Below the pieces are notes generated by a model. That model was not told where the DNA came from, did not search any database, and saw nothing but the letters and a program-made list of their open reading frames with translations. From Bugula neritina (Eukaryota; Animalia; Bryozoa), in NCBI GenBank assembly GCA_964035545.1, contig OZ037766.1, positions 5,136,722 to 5,200,721 on the forward strand: a DNA stretch of 64,000 nucleotides, written 5' to 3'. Below, piece after piece: positions 39,156 through 53,945 of this stretch. The translations under genes and the position numbers were made by a program. How positions within the stretch are numbered: position 1 is the stretch's first letter; every line of letters starts with the position of its first letter.

Positions 39156-42100
39156 ATGGCATTTCCATATGCTAATAGGTAAGTAGATTTATACTGTTGA
39201 CCTGCTTGTTTTTATGTTGATAATTGTTATCGTATTATAATTAGCGATTTTTTTAGATTCCCTGTAGATAAGTTGTATCCAATAGTTGTAGTCACTTTGT
39301 TTTTTATTTCTATGTTGACCTAACATATGTAGTAACTATTTAATAATTGCATGCTTCTTCAAGTTTTTTTGCCTAAAAATGTATGAATTTTTTATCCTAA
39401 TTGTATATTTCATCAGTGGTTGATAACATATTTTTTGTTGTGGCAAAAAATTATTCATGAAGGGTAATTTTAAGTAATAGTTTATTGAGTTGTTAAGTAG
39501 GACCCACTTCCTTAAATACATCTTCACGTTATTATAAAATATTGCTTTATGTTATGTTAATACATTATTACTCTATTTTATGTTAAGCTATTATTACCCT
39601 ATTTTATGTTAATATAATATTACTTTATACTATGTTAATATTTTATTATTTTATATTGTGGGAATGCAGTATTATGTTAATATATTACTACTTTATATTT
39701 TATTTATGTATTACTACATTATACCAGGTTAATATATTATTAGTTTATACGATGTTAATAGATTCTTACCTTATACTATGTTAGCTCATTGTTACTTTAC
39801 ATTATGTTAATATATTCTTACTTCATCCTAAGCACTGGCATCTATTACAGGGATTACTCTCTTTATTCTTCTACAACCGACGAAGCTTCAGTCGGACGCG
39901 CTCACCATGACTTAGATAAATGTGCTCAAATTTTGAATGAGGTTTTGGACAATGGTGCTGGAATTTTAGGTGAGTGAATTGCTGCATAACAAGAACTGTT
40001 GTTAAAATGTTAATTAACCCAAGAATTTACTACGCCATGCAATTTTATATAAATTGTACAATTTGTTAGAAAATACCCATTTGCACATTGTATTATCATA
40101 TATATTTATATTTTATGCTTTTAGGTAACACATAAACATACTTAATCGTTTTAGTATAGTTATCATGCTAGCTGAAGAATCTAAGAGTTTGTATTTATGG
40201 TGATATTAGGTGGATTATATCAATACAGTGATTCTATCTCTCCCAACTCCTGTTACAGTTGTGTTTCTTATTTTACTCAGTCAAGTTTATTCCCTCTTTA
40301 TTAAAGTATCTTTTACTACTAATACTTTCTTTTAGTAACATTCATGAGTTACAAGTAATTTCAATCATTTGCTGGGTCTTCCTCAAGCCACTACAGTTAC
40401 TGCCACTGTTAGATGATTTATGTTACAAAGAAGTCTGATTTCGTCGGAAGTTATGTAAACATGGAACAATCTTGGTCGTTTTAGCTAGGGGTGTATAACA
40501 TTATATTTCAGAAGGGGTAATGAAAAGAAAGAGTGAGTCCCCTAATAAAGAAGTACCCCACATACTACATCACAAGAAACTGCGTCAAACAAACAGATTA
40601 CTGCCAACTGACCACGATGGTGGCAACATTGCATCATCAACACCTCAGCAGAAAACCTTGACACGGTATATTTCTAATTTACAAGACTCTTTTCTACTTG
40701 AATGCTTTTACTATTCCTGCATTGTGCTTTTTCTGTTTGAAATGTACAGCGTATGTAGATTATCACCAAGTTTTGTTTACTAATATGAGCATATATCTTG
40801 TGGAACCTGCAGATATTATGTTATGAAGTTTGCATTATGTTGCAACTTACTTTATATAATTCATCTGCTGATTAGAAAGATGCATTAGATAGCTTTGTTT
40901 CTTTGTTGTTAGGACTAGAAGGAGACGGTCTGCATCCACCAACAGTGTATCTACCAGTAGCCTTAGGTCTAGCAAACAGAAAAGGTGTCGAAGTTTATCT
41001 GAACAGAGAAGTACATCAGCATGTAGTAGAAATAGGTTAGAGTTTAGCTCGTGTTACTAAAATCATTGCTTGTGTCAATGGATTTTATCATAAGTTGTTA
41101 AGGAATTTTATGGATTAGAGTATATAATATAAGGTAGGATAGAACTTTTTCTGTGTAAATAATGGAATAATTTATATTTTTGCCATTATCTCCAATTGCA
41201 TAGCTTGTGCTCCTCAATTTAATGCAATGCAATAAATATTTTTCTAATGTCCCCTTTTACTAGATTTATAATTAAGAGTTGTGCCTCCTTAGCAGTTGAA
41301 ACAAAAATATAAATTAAACATCAGTGACATTGGACAAAGGTTTATTACACTGTGGGCCATTTCAATAATGTTTCTCAACTATATATAGTTTCTCTGCTTT
41401 AGAAACAAAAGAACAAACTTTATACATGGGTTTGCACTTGTAGCAGGATAATTCTGCAGTTTAATTTAGAGTTGCTATACCTTGTGTTTATTCCCCTATT
41501 GCCGCACACTTATGTCACCTGCAGTTTACACTCCCAGTTTGTTTAGTTTCTATTTTATACTAAATATTCTTTATAATAGTTTTGGTTTCTTGTGTGGAAT
41601 CAGGTTTAGAGAAAATAGAAGTTTGTCTGCTCAAGGGAGTCGTCTGTCCTCTAAAACTGGAATACTGCATTCTGTCAACATAGCTTTGGCCAATCAATCA
41701 GCAGCACCATCTGAGGCCGACACTTTAACCGGAGTTCATCTGGACAACTCCTCGCAGTTTGGCATCCCTCCAGTTTTTAATACCGCAGGTAGATATAGGA
41801 TTGGAAAAGCAATATAAAGCAACTTTTTTTTACTCTTTTTCTGCTCCTCCCCTGTATTTTATAAATTTTATACATTTATCATATTGCCAAGTAATTTTGT
41901 TTAGATGCATGCTTTTTAATGGCTAAAAATCTTTCAAGTTATTCTAATTATCTCACTATATGGTTGCCATGGTTTACAGTTATAATTTAAATCATTAAAT
42001 TCAGAGCGGAGAATTCAGAGCAAACACAGTAGGGCTAGAAGTAGACAGACTAACCTGCTGCTGAGGAGAAACAACGTGGGCTGGTTGAAGCCTCACGTCA

Positions 42101-45100
42101 CCATTTCAACTCAAACTGAGGACAAGGAAAATACTCAGAAGTCTTCTGCAAAAAAGTCTGTAAAGAAATTAGAAAGAAACAGTTTGACAGAACCTAAGTG
42201 CAAACAGAGGTTTGTTGTGGCTATTTATAGATTTAATCTGGATTTGATTTTTATTATATTAGTTCATTGAGTCTGTTATGTGTGCTAAACATCTGGCTGT
42301 AGTGTTTAGTGTTCCCCTAATTTCAATTCAAGACTGTCATAATATTTAATTACCAAATATTGATATTTATGTAAAAAGTATCACATCTAAACTTCTTTTT
42401 GTGATTTTGCATTCTAGTCTAAATTTAGTTTCTTGAATATAAATTACAGATCATTTTTACTAGTGACTTTGTGCATTAAAGTAATCAAATATTTGCCTTT
42501 ACTATGTTATAATATATTTTCTTGCATGTAAAATTTTGTGCAAAATTAATGATTTATTCCGACTAGCTCTTCTGTTTCAATTTAACAAAATTTGATTATT
42601 GAGTTTTAGCTATATTCATCTACTGAATAAGAAAGCAAGTCCTTTTAGCTTTAAATAACTGGTTTTATAAAGTTGGTCCGTTTCCTGTTAATTATTCAGA
42701 GCATCAAGAGATCAAGCTGCAGCGCCCTCTATAACTGACAGCAGGAAGTCTGCTGAGAAGGTGAAGTTGTCTTCTTTAAGAACTTCTCAAAAAGAACACG
42801 ACGTCGATGAACTGCTGCAGGCATCTCTTCCACTGAAAGATAAGTTGTCGTCAGCTCACAATGAAGATGAGAAGAATGTATCTCAGGTAGATGTGCTGCA
42901 GTTCTTATATTCAGTTTACTATACATTACTCATTTCTATACAGAATGTAATTTCATTGTTTGTAGCAACATATTCTAATCAATGAAAAGTTGTCATCCGA
43001 TTTTTGTTGGTGAACGAGCATTAGTTAAAAGTCACAGCCATGTTTTCTCCAGCAGTTTCTTTACATTTATTTAAATTCTCAAATCATTTACTCCTTTTCC
43101 AAGTTATCTTCTTTACTCAATTCACTGGCTCGTACATATACTTACTTACTCCTACATGTACTTACTTGCATTTGCTCTAATATTTTTTAAATATAAGTTT
43201 GTGTTGTCCACTGAGCTTAACCAGCTGTCGCATGTTTTGGTTTACAGAAAGAAGTCTCAGAGGAATTTGTATTCACCAGTTCTCAAGAAATTGGAGATCT
43301 ATTAGTTGAAAGGTTGCGAGCATCAACTAATATTCAAGGTAGATTACCACCTGCTATTTACTGTTTCTAGCTCTAAATATTATTCGTGTGGACTAGTATG
43401 TTATAAAATATTCAGAATTCAAACTAACAATAATTATATTGAGATGCGCTGAAGGAGCAAATAGGGTGTTTATTTTCTATTTTATATTTTTAGGTGTATT
43501 TTTACATGATGAAAATTTAATTCACACTAAATAATAACAATGCTCAATATAATAATATTATAACAATATTGCTGATATCTATGTGTTATTGTATTTTACA
43601 TTGTTGAAAGGATTGTTAGTAGATGCTATTGTTATGCACAATGTCATGTTATAAGTTAGAAGTTACTTCTAGACTACTCGTGTTATAGACAGAGCCGCAC
43701 TCGACAGTGAAATACAACTCCTCTCATACGAAATGTCTGCTTTTCTACGGAAGATTGCTCGTCGTAATGGAACTAATGTAGATCAGCTACTTCTGCCTTT
43801 CCAGGTAATTATTGTGAATATGCAAAGTAATCAAGTTACTTTCACAACTGATTAACTGATACTATAGTGACTCATACTGATTAATAGTGACTGATAGTAA
43901 CTAGTACTGACTGACAGTGATTGACACTAACTGATAGTGACTCATACTGACTAATTGTGATAATTCGGACTATTCTAGTTTGTTAGTGTTTAATGTTACA
44001 AGTCATCTGACAGTTAGTACTTACTCTAAAAATTTAATTTTAAAACGGTCCATCAAATTTTGTGACTTCTGGTAGTAGAATTGTTCAAACAAGTAGACAG
44101 AGTGTTTGTTTCTGGTTGTTAACATTAATTATTGTAGTGATACACTTTGTTAGCTATGTTCTATTTTATTAGAGGGAGTCGAGAGAGCTGAAGGAAGAGG
44201 TGAAACAGCTAAAGACTCAACTGGCTAATATAAGATCAAACTCTAACAAAGTGGGAGATAAACAGCTCAGCTGTGACTTGTCTCTTAAAGGTGACACAAG
44301 TAATACTATCTAGTTAATCTCTTAAATTATATTTGTATAGTTTGATTCTCTTCCATACTTTTAACAGTCTGATTAGCTCCTTAAATAATTTTTTTTACAG
44401 ATTTTACATTCTTTACTTAGCTTAGGGGTATGTGTTTGTGTGGGGAGTTGCAGCAAATTTTTGTTCAAGAACTTTTAGCTCAGTTAAATTCACTTGACTT
44501 CTAAGCATAGATCTTTTCAAATTATTTTTTTTAGTTGATACAGTCATTCTCTAGTGTTTACTAATTATCACCTACCTTATTGATAATTGGATAAGAAGTT
44601 TTAAATTTTGCCCATAAACTTTTATTTTAGTCACACAAATCCATAAACAAAATAATTTCATAGGAGTACTTGGAATTTAGGTATAAATATAAACATTCTT
44701 TGCAATCAACTTGAAAGCCTCAGTATTATAATATTTTAATACGATTTTCAAACAATTTTTTTCACAAATTTAGTTTTAAAGTTGTATAAAAATTTAATTT
44801 AGTTTTGACTCAACTTATTTTTAGTTTATTCTTTTTTATTCATATTTTTAGAAAAGCAAAAGTTTATTCAACGAAAGAAACTATCAACACATGATTTGTA
44901 GCAGAATGATTGCCTTCGCCACATCCAGGTTCATGCTTTACGAGTTTACAGTCCTATTGTTTCTATGTTGTAGTAATATCTGCTGAAACTCATAACACCA
45001 AACTGTCCAATCAGCTGGCGGATGTTGTGACGGAACTGAATCAAGAAAAGTTAAAAGTACATCAGCTGACTGCTGACCTAGCTAAGTTCACTAAAACCGG

Positions 45101-48100
45101 CAGCGGCTCATCTAAACAGGTTGGCTTCCACACAAGTGATGGCCTGAAATGTGTTTTTTATTTGAATCTTTCAGTAAATTTACTATCAAATAAATGAGCA
45201 ACCATGCTAAATGTTGTACTTGTTTAGTGAGTGTACGTACAGCTGGCATTTCTGCTTTGTAACTAAACTGTATATGATTTTTAAAAAAAAATTTTAACTT
45301 TCTCTTCTAACTGAGTAAGCATGTCAGCTAATATCTTAAATTTTTTTTAACTTCAATTATTCAAAAGTTTTTATAACTTTTAGCAGAGTGCTTCCGGAGA
45401 TAAAGATAATACAAAACGAAGACTGCAGTCACTACAGCAATCAATGAGGTTTATAGCCTATGATTCTACATATCCTACTAGTCTAGTAGCATGCGTGACG
45501 GGCATAGCCTCTGTACCTAGTGTAATAAGTAAATATTGGTACATGTGCCATCTATATGGGCTCAAACTCCACAACATGAAACAGTCACATGTTTACTGCT
45601 ACTACAGACCATTTTATGCTATCCAATCAACATATATATGTATAAGTACCAACTGGTGTAGTTATAAATTTGCTGTTGCATTTCTGATTGGTTTGATATT
45701 GTAGACTCATTCACACTATGCTCACTGATATAGCATCACACTGTGAACTGGAGACGGCTAAGCATATTAACCCAGTGATAGAGTTGTGTTCTCGTCGACT
45801 TATTGAAAGCATGAGTGATGTCACAGTACCTCCCACAACGGTAAGGTTTTCTACATGATTTCCAAGTTATCATTCCCTTTTATTATACTTTAGCTGTCTA
45901 TGAGGACAAGCTCTATCGATTGTTTTGAAAATTAAGTTGAATAATTTTGGATTTGATTGGTTGAAGTTAAGAAGTTGACATTCACAGCAACTTATCACTT
46001 TAAGTTTTGGCTGAAAATATCAGTTAGTGTAAATTTAGTTTTAAAGTTATTGTGTGAGCAATTAAAATGGTTACATGTATAATTATAATTATCATTGATT
46101 CAACATAGTTACAAGTTATCTTCTCTTGTAATGTTATAAAATTCCTCAACTGAATAAGTTAGACATAGGTTAATACAGATACTCAAACACAGTAGATAGA
46201 TTCATGAGAATTCTAGCTCCGTATGGGTGGGCCTTTATCAGCACCAAGTACACACTTATAGGAGCATGTGCACCCATATCCGCTAATAGATTTGTGCTAA
46301 TAGAAATCAAATAACCATAATTTTTATTTCTATAAAAATAGAAACAATTAATAATAACACTGTGTGATTCTGTTAAATAATGCATAATCTATTTAGTAAA
46401 TTCTGTACACATGCAACCATCAGCACCATATTATTTTGATTGGAAGAGCTTTTCTAATTAAAAAAGCCTATTGATGATTGTGACTATATGAATAATGTGT
46501 GTAATGATTATATAGCATTGCAAAGCCTACAGTACCTCATAGTATAGTTCACATCATACTTATAACTCAAAGTGTCACTTGGAAATATTGATTTCCAGCT
46601 GCTGGTCATTAGCATCAATCATTGTGGAAGTAGACATTCACTGCCTCTAGCTTAGAATATATGAGTTGAGGACAATAAAGTCAGTCCGAATGCACTTTCT
46701 ATAATAAATTATCAATTTGTATGAAATCTGTCAAAATGATAAATAACTTGGCAGCTCAACATCAAAGGTCATTCATCTAAAAGTTAAGGCTTCTGATTTA
46801 TCGACTGAAATTAAATGTTGCTGGTATGCAATCTGTACACATAATCATGCCGACTACAGAAACAATTCTAGCTGATTTTGACACATGCATTTTTTAATAT
46901 TAGTAATTAATAAATTATTTCTAGAGAAAAAAAATCTTTGGTCCTAATATGTTGAAGTACCCACATGTATCCTAGTCATACTTGGCAAAAAGTAGAGCTC
47001 ATGAATATCTGGATGACTCACATTCACAGTAATGTATGAGTAAAAGCTGAGTTCGCGATGAAAAATGTAACTCAACCAAATACTTGTGTCTGATCAGTCA
47101 ACCTAATTGCTGTGACACTGGCTATAAAATCAGTCTTGATTTTCTTGGTGTATCTAACAGAACATACTTATTAATAGTGAATCATAATGTGGATTCAATA
47201 TAACCCACCAAAATACAGTCACTGCTATCGGACAAAATAGCAGGGCAGCAACAGACAGCAAAATTGTACCATGTTCTAGTTATCCCAAACTCTCTTGGTA
47301 ACATTTGATATGTTTGTTCCTTAATCATCCTGGTAGCTGTTATCTTGCCAAGTTATACTTTCTATATAATTTGGAGTTGTGACACCAACTCATGGTAAAG
47401 TACTCTCGCACTGCAATACTTACGCAAGGCTCCCTCCATCAGCAATTTAATTGCTTTGCTTGAAAAGTTATTAAAATTTGCTGACAAATCAATAATGCCA
47501 TGTAATTTTCTATTATTTTCTCACGTATTTCAAATAAATCTATTTTTATCAACAGCAATTTAATGTACAGATTCAACTTTCAGTCCTGACTTATCAAGGC
47601 ACATAGTTCTATGCCAACAACCCGCACACAGTTGAGATATAAAATTATAAATATCTTGAATAAATATTATTCGCAGTAGTTTACTGATTCAATACATAGA
47701 TAACATACATAGCTACAATTAGCTCCCCTGTGGTTATTGTCTGCCATCATCTCACTATCATCCCATACAAATATGCAAACTGATTGTAACTCAATTTGCT
47801 TTGCCTTCATGTGATACTGTTGTATAGTTGGTAATCATTCTACTCTATTATTGGTGATGACATCAATTTGACTTTATTGTCATTAAAAGCTATTTTGATG
47901 TGTGAAAAAGCTTTACCACGCAATGGGTAATCAAAACAAATTGTTTTGATGTAATATGTTTATTTTGGTGTGCTGATGATGTATTAAGTTTTATTCAAAT
48001 TTAAATTTTATTTTAATTTCATTTGTAGAATTGTCTTCTTTAGAGTAAAGTAGGGTTGATAGAATAATATTATACATTTCGTTGTAATATTTCTTTTTGA

Positions 48101-51100
48101 AGACTGTAAGATTTTATAGCATTGGATATGAATTCTGTAGCATTAGTATATAACTTTATAATCTGCTATTTCTGATGTTGCCACTATTTCAGATGAACAC
48201 AAACAACAACGGAAGGTGGGAAAACAAACCAGAGAATCTGGTGGAACTCGTATCAGCAGGTCTCACACGGGCCAGGCTAGGTATGTACTTCCTGTTTCGG
48301 TCTGAAGATACTTCCTGGTCTCTTATTGAGCATTAGTGACTCTTAGGTCCCTTTCTGGCTCTTCTTTCCAGTGTGCTGCCTTTACAGCATAGCTGTGTGC
48401 TGCCTGTACAGTAGAAATGCTGGTTCAGTTGCCAAGTAGATTTGATAGAATAAAATATTTTCTCTCAAAGGCTTACAGACTGCTTTTCCCAATCATAATG
48501 ATAATATTTTTGAATCAAACACTGCACTGATTCAACAGTAGACATATTATAATGGTGGAATGTAGTTGACTTTACCATGTAAACAGAGGCCACAGTTGCT
48601 GGTGCACCTGGAACACTGTCCATCTGCATTATTATTAATAAGATTGGACTTCATAGTTGTTATAAGTACAGGTCCTTTAGTGCAACTCTCCTGTTATTAC
48701 TGGTAGCGTTTTTTGATGATGGTGTAACCCTATTGTTATTATATAGTTGAGTGACATTACTTGCCCTTATGACGTCAGCTCTAGCTCTAAGCATGAGTCA
48801 GTGAGATCTAACCAGGATTCGATGTGTTGTGAATTATAACAGAGTAGCAGTGTGTGGGTAGGCAGTTCAGTTCATCTGCTATTCCAATAGCAACTTTCAG
48901 TTTTCCTTTTTGTATTCTGTACTGCAAGACATGCTTAGTTTATGTCACTGCTTACTTGTAACTAGGCTGTGTTCTCAATATAAATAGACTGTGTTCTCAA
49001 TATAAATAGACTGTGTTCTCAATATAAATAGACTGTGTTCTCAATATAAATAGACTGTGTTCTCAATATAAATAGACTGTGTTCTCAATATAAATAGACT
49101 GTGTTCTCAATATAAATAGACTGTGTTCTCAATATAAATAGACTGTGTTCTCAATATAAATAGACTGTGTTCTCAATATAAATAGACTGTGTTCTCAATA
49201 TAAATAGACTGTGTTCTCTGTGCACAAGAGCAACGTACCTAGTAGTTGAGCGGGCAGGCATACCCTTAGTACTAGTTAACATCTGGTGGCAAATGATATT
49301 TATACAAACTGGTCACATTTCCTCTGTAAGCTAGGTCATTCAACCCAAATGGAAGAACTGCCCACATATGTAACTAGTCATAATAGACTGGGGGGGAGCA
49401 ACCTATGGCCATTGAGCCTTTCTCAGTTCCCACCGTCTTGTTAAGGTCATTACACCCTGAGGATGTGAAGCTATTCGTGGCTTATTAGTAGAAACTGCTA
49501 AGCATATGGTAGAGTATGGAAAGAGCACTTGTGGCAGGTACTCCAACTTCCACTGACCATATACTAGTGTCCTCACTTGGACAGCTCATATTATATACTA
49601 GTGTCCTTCAGTAACTTATATTGATATAATTACAGCATGCAGGCTGCAAAGCAGTGGCACTAAAGTGAATGTATCCACTATCTTGGTGTGGGTCTGCATT
49701 TCACAAGTAAATTGATAAACATTCTCTAAACTCTATGGGTGCTCCTGCTTTCTTATTTACTTCAAACTTTAGATGCAAAGCATCTGCAACTGTGCATTTC
49801 TCCTTACTATGAAGTCCCAGGTTGAAGGGAATGAGCTGAATAATCATATAATTTATAATTTAGTACTGCCAGGAGCTGCAGGCTTGTTTCTCTTTAATAT
49901 TTAATAAGTTCAGCCCAACTCCCATGTGATTATTGTAAACCCAACCCACTTTTCCTTCTCATCTCATCATTTACCGGAGTATGAGTAAGGATACTACATG
50001 TTAAATCATGGATTTAAAACGTTACACAAGTTGTAAAACCTGGATTCAGGTTATAAAACCAACTCTTTGAGGATTATCAAGTATTATACTTGTTCGGTTT
50101 ACTTTCAGTAGAGTTGTCTCCCCTCTTGACTCGCCGCTAAATTTTCAAATAATCATATTTCATGTTGATTGCTCAACTCTTGTTAATCATGTTAAGGTAT
50201 TCTAAACATCCCACCTATTATGCTGTAACATAGCTTACAATGCTTATTAGAAATAACACATTGTTGGTAGCATTGAGTAATTTTAAGGAATGAAACAATA
50301 GGAATGGTTATTGAATGTAACTGTATAATAATATAGAATGTCAGTTTGAAATGTTCATCTGCTGGTCTTTGAAATCAACAATATTCCTGAAAATAGTGAA
50401 CTATTATAGTGCAGCACCTGTCAGAGTAAAATATGGTGAGGGAAACTTACTTATCTATTAACATATCACTTATATTACTACTACGGCACAGTCTTTGTTA
50501 CCTGTTGACTATTATACTAACATTAAATTACTATCTCAGACTATACTGAAGGCTTTATAACTCAGTGCAAACCTGATTCAGCATTTTAAGCCTTAATATT
50601 ATGATGATTTATGCCAAAATTCATGTGTTGAGTTGGTGAGATATTCTCCACGGTGTGTTCAGGTGTGTTGTGAGACCACAGGTGTACATGTGTTGTGTAG
50701 CTTACCTGAGTCTGGTAATCAGTCAAACTGGCTCATGTTTTTCATGTCACCCCTGTCAAGTATAACACATAAGACAGAATTTATAGTTCTGCTAAGGGAA
50801 ATATTTGTATGTATATCTGTGTATTTATATGGTTCTTATCATATATTGCGTATGCTGAGCTATAATTTATTAATATATTATTGTTTTACTGGCGATGCTT
50901 TAAAATAGCATGAATTTCACTTTTTTATTATCTATTATTATTTCTTATTGCCTGTTGGGGTGGAGGACAGCTATAGGATGCTAACAGCTATTGCGTTATT
51001 TTCTATAATTAGGGTTTTTGACGTTTCAAAGCAAAAATCAACAACAATAAACACTTTCTGAGTGGGCTGTAATTGAATATACAGTTACATAAAGTATCTT

Positions 51101-53945
51101 CCAGTTTTATACTTCATCAATCCTCAAAATAGGTTATTGCTGTGGTTGGAATTATTTAATTGTACCCAGTCTTGAGTAATGAGTAATGATGGTCACGTGA
51201 TACTAGTTGCTATGTTCTTTGATGATGAGAATAGCTCGAACTTTTGAAGTTTCCAGAAAACCTTATTTTTGCCGTTTTCTTTGGAATTTTTGGCAAACAT
51301 GAGCTTCTTCAAGCTATAGTGTAATTGTTCATTGTTTTCTTTTAATCTTGCCACATCAAACTCTGTGCTATTACTTGTTCCTAACTGCAGCTGCATAACA
51401 AAAGCTAGAGTTGTTTGATTTCGGAGATAAAATTAGAAGACCCTCCAAAAGTAGTTGCTACGCGGAGATTAAGTCTAGGTATTGTAATCCTGATAAATGA
51501 TGGCGGCAATCGTAATATCTTTGTAGTCTGTAGTCAAGTGTAGCCAGTTTGGTAACGGTGTGTATACTGATATAATCTTACAGTCAGAGTAAGCTGTAGT
51601 ACGTGACTATGGTTAAGTAACAACCTTAGCTAAACAGTTGACACTGCATTAAATGGTATTATAGTACATGTTAATATTGTGATATGGAGAGTTATTTACT
51701 CCTGTGTATAATTGGGTCTACTGGGTCTACTGTTCTAGTGGTGTGCATGTTTAAGGGTAATACAAACTACAGTGACTACTAGTCTAGGGGTGTCCAACGT
51801 TTTCAGAGTAGTGAAGGCCACTTCGTAAAATTTAGCTTGAGCTGGGGGCTACAGCATCAGTATTTTCAAATTACTTTATTCCAACTTCCTATGAATCATT
51901 ACACAATGAAGTGCCAATATTTACTGGATTTTGTAGCATGTATATAAATAAGACATTTGAAAGGTGGTTTTTCAGCTCTAGCTCATGTATGTGTGCAAAA
52001 TAATGTTATGTGTTATACCTTTAAGGGCCACATAAATGCCCGATCCCCCCTCCCCCCATCTAGCCCTGTGGACGCCTGTTACACAGCCCTATACTAGTCC
52101 TTTTAATAGTTACAATTTCAGTTGAAAGTTTTATGATCCCATCACAGGAAAAAAGATTATTTTAGTATAATGTTGCAATGTAACTATTTGTTATCAAATG
52201 CTATATGGCGAATGTTGGTAGTGTGTGGTTAAGTTTGTGTCCTGTTTGTGGGGAACAGGAGGCCTGCATGCGGATACCCACCACATTCATTACATGCCCC
52301 ACTGTGTCACTCATCAACTTTTAGATTCGTGCACTATGAGTTTTATTAGTCACTCAGTCCTGCACTTCAGAATAATATGTAACTCAAACACATAATAATC
52401 ATATACTCTTGGTGCAAAAAATGTTGCTGGCTTCTATGGTCTGTCTTACATATTGTAGTTGTTATTTATATCCTTGTGGCAATAATTGCCAGCCAATGGG
52501 GACATGCTAATATTATAGTACTGCTCATCATGTTTTGAGTTGGTATTTTTAGAACATAATTATAATTATTATGTATGTGCGTGGGAAGCAATCGGCTATG
52601 CGGGTCACTCCAGTCTTCTATAATCAATCATGTCCTTTGTACCCTAGTATTATTTCATATACGATTTCTTGTTTTACTTTATATTATTTATTTACTATTA
52701 TATTATCTATCGCTGAAACAACCCTCCAGCCTAACCATGAGTTTGTTATTTCGGCAAATATAAGCAGCTACATGATTTACTAACAATATTTAATAATCAG
52801 CCAGAGTTCATCTTTCAGTAACTCTCCCCACTGAGTAAGTTAGTTCTATAAACTTTGGTGGTTGTAAATTATTTACAATCTATACAAGTAATTTCAGCTA
52901 GACAACTTTCTCATGCTGAGTAGAGGCTAGTTAGATTAATTGGTATAAGTCTAGCAATCGGTTTGTGTAACATGAGTTGATATATAATATATAATATAAG
53001 TTGCGATTTTAATTATCAAAACTTTCCTCAGCTCACCCATGGCCCCAATTTATCATAATATTGCAATACCAAATAATTTTAGCATCAACTGCTGCATTAC
53101 CAATACCAATTACTTCATTACCAATACCAATTACTGTAAGCACATTATCAATTACCAATGTTAAATAGTGTATGAACTATACCAGTTATTGCAAATTAGC
53201 AAAAATCCTACTGACAACTAAATTATTGAACTTCTTAAAAACTGCAGCTAGTACTATTTTGTGACCTGTACCCTTTCAGACTTGCCTTTGAAATTGTGTT
53301 ATTATTTTTCATGGTGGTTCTGTGACTATCTTGTTCAACTCGAAAGTTAACTACATGAACTTTAAAAGTTTGAAATAATCAAATTTTCTAGTATAGTTTT
53401 ACATCGTAATTATTTTGCCTTCTTGTCTAAACTAATATATATTGTATATAATAAAAAAATTGTTTGCTATGTTTACAGCCAAAACAGATGAACCAATACA
53501 AAGGCCAAAGTTGCATGAAGACCCTTGGGACCCTGCAGATAAACAGCTGTTGGACTCAAAATGTGGTGTGACTCAGTATTTTCAAAAGTATCATTCCACA
53601 ACCGGGTCCTCTCCGTTAGGTAAACTCCCAGAGAAATTTCAACACAACTATAAGCTCAATGCTGATGAGCCGTATGATTTGGAAAGGAGTTTCCAGCCAC
53701 CCTATGAGCATTCAGCTTACAACACCGATGACGTTGCGCCGGACGCGCAGTTACAGAGTACATTGATGAGTCATAGCACAACGCTAGAAGATTTGGACGC
53801 AACGTGCTCGGAATCTGTTTCAACTCTCTCAATGGCCACAACTATGGCGGATAATGCATTCCAAGATGGCTTGGCCAAGTTGGATGCTAACATTGCTAAA
53901 CTACAAGAATCGTTGAAAACTTCCAGACTTGGGGCTTCATTGTAA
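39156..53945 (+). CDS. CCDC14: Coiled-coil domain-containing protein 14-like (centriolar satellite protein); exons ~39156-39178, 39851-39970, 40512-40664, 40913-41035, 41604-41788, 42005-42209, 42701-42886, 43248-43338, 43689-43804, 44173-44290, 44973-45119, 45386-45448, 45705-45840, 48193-48280, 53479-53945
   Basis: N-terminal YSLYSSTTDEASVGRAHHDLDKCAQIL and C-terminal SVSTLSMATT..DNAFQDGLAKLDANIAKLQESLK resemble the two conserved CCDC14 motifs (YSLYSTDS...LDRCA and F..GLAALDANIARLQKSL); central coiled-coil exons; start and some internal exons uncertain. Confidence 0.78.
39550..39825. repeat. Degenerate ~27-bp tandem repeat (TATTACTTTATACTATGTTAATA-like)
   Basis: Recurring TATGTTAATA / TATTACT units. 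Confidence 0.6.
43850..43960. repeat. Degenerate ACTGATAGTG-type tandem repeat
   Basis: Recurring ACTGA/TAGTGACT units in CCDC14 intron. Confidence 0.6.
48967..49218. repeat. Perfect 22-bp minisatellite (GACTGTGTTCTCAATATAAATA), ~11.5 copies
   Basis: Directly visible identical head-to-tail units without spacers. Confidence 0.97.
51785..52091. mobile_element. hAT (Charlie-like) MITE, 307 bp
   Basis: Imperfect TIRs TAGGGGTGTCCAAC / GTTACACAGCCCTA with a perfect 8-bp target-site duplication TACTAGTC (51777-51784 and 52092-52099). Confidence 0.88.

Noticed and set aside
46170-47800. Possible decayed transposon coding remnant in the long CCDC14 intron
   Set aside because: No continuous ORF, termini or diagnostic motif recognised
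48967-49218. CRISPR-like array
   Set aside because: Units are contiguous with no unique spacers, no cas genes, eukaryotic context
51193-51396. 67-aa minus-strand ORF in CCDC14 intron
   Set aside because: Short, no recognisable motif or supporting exon chain
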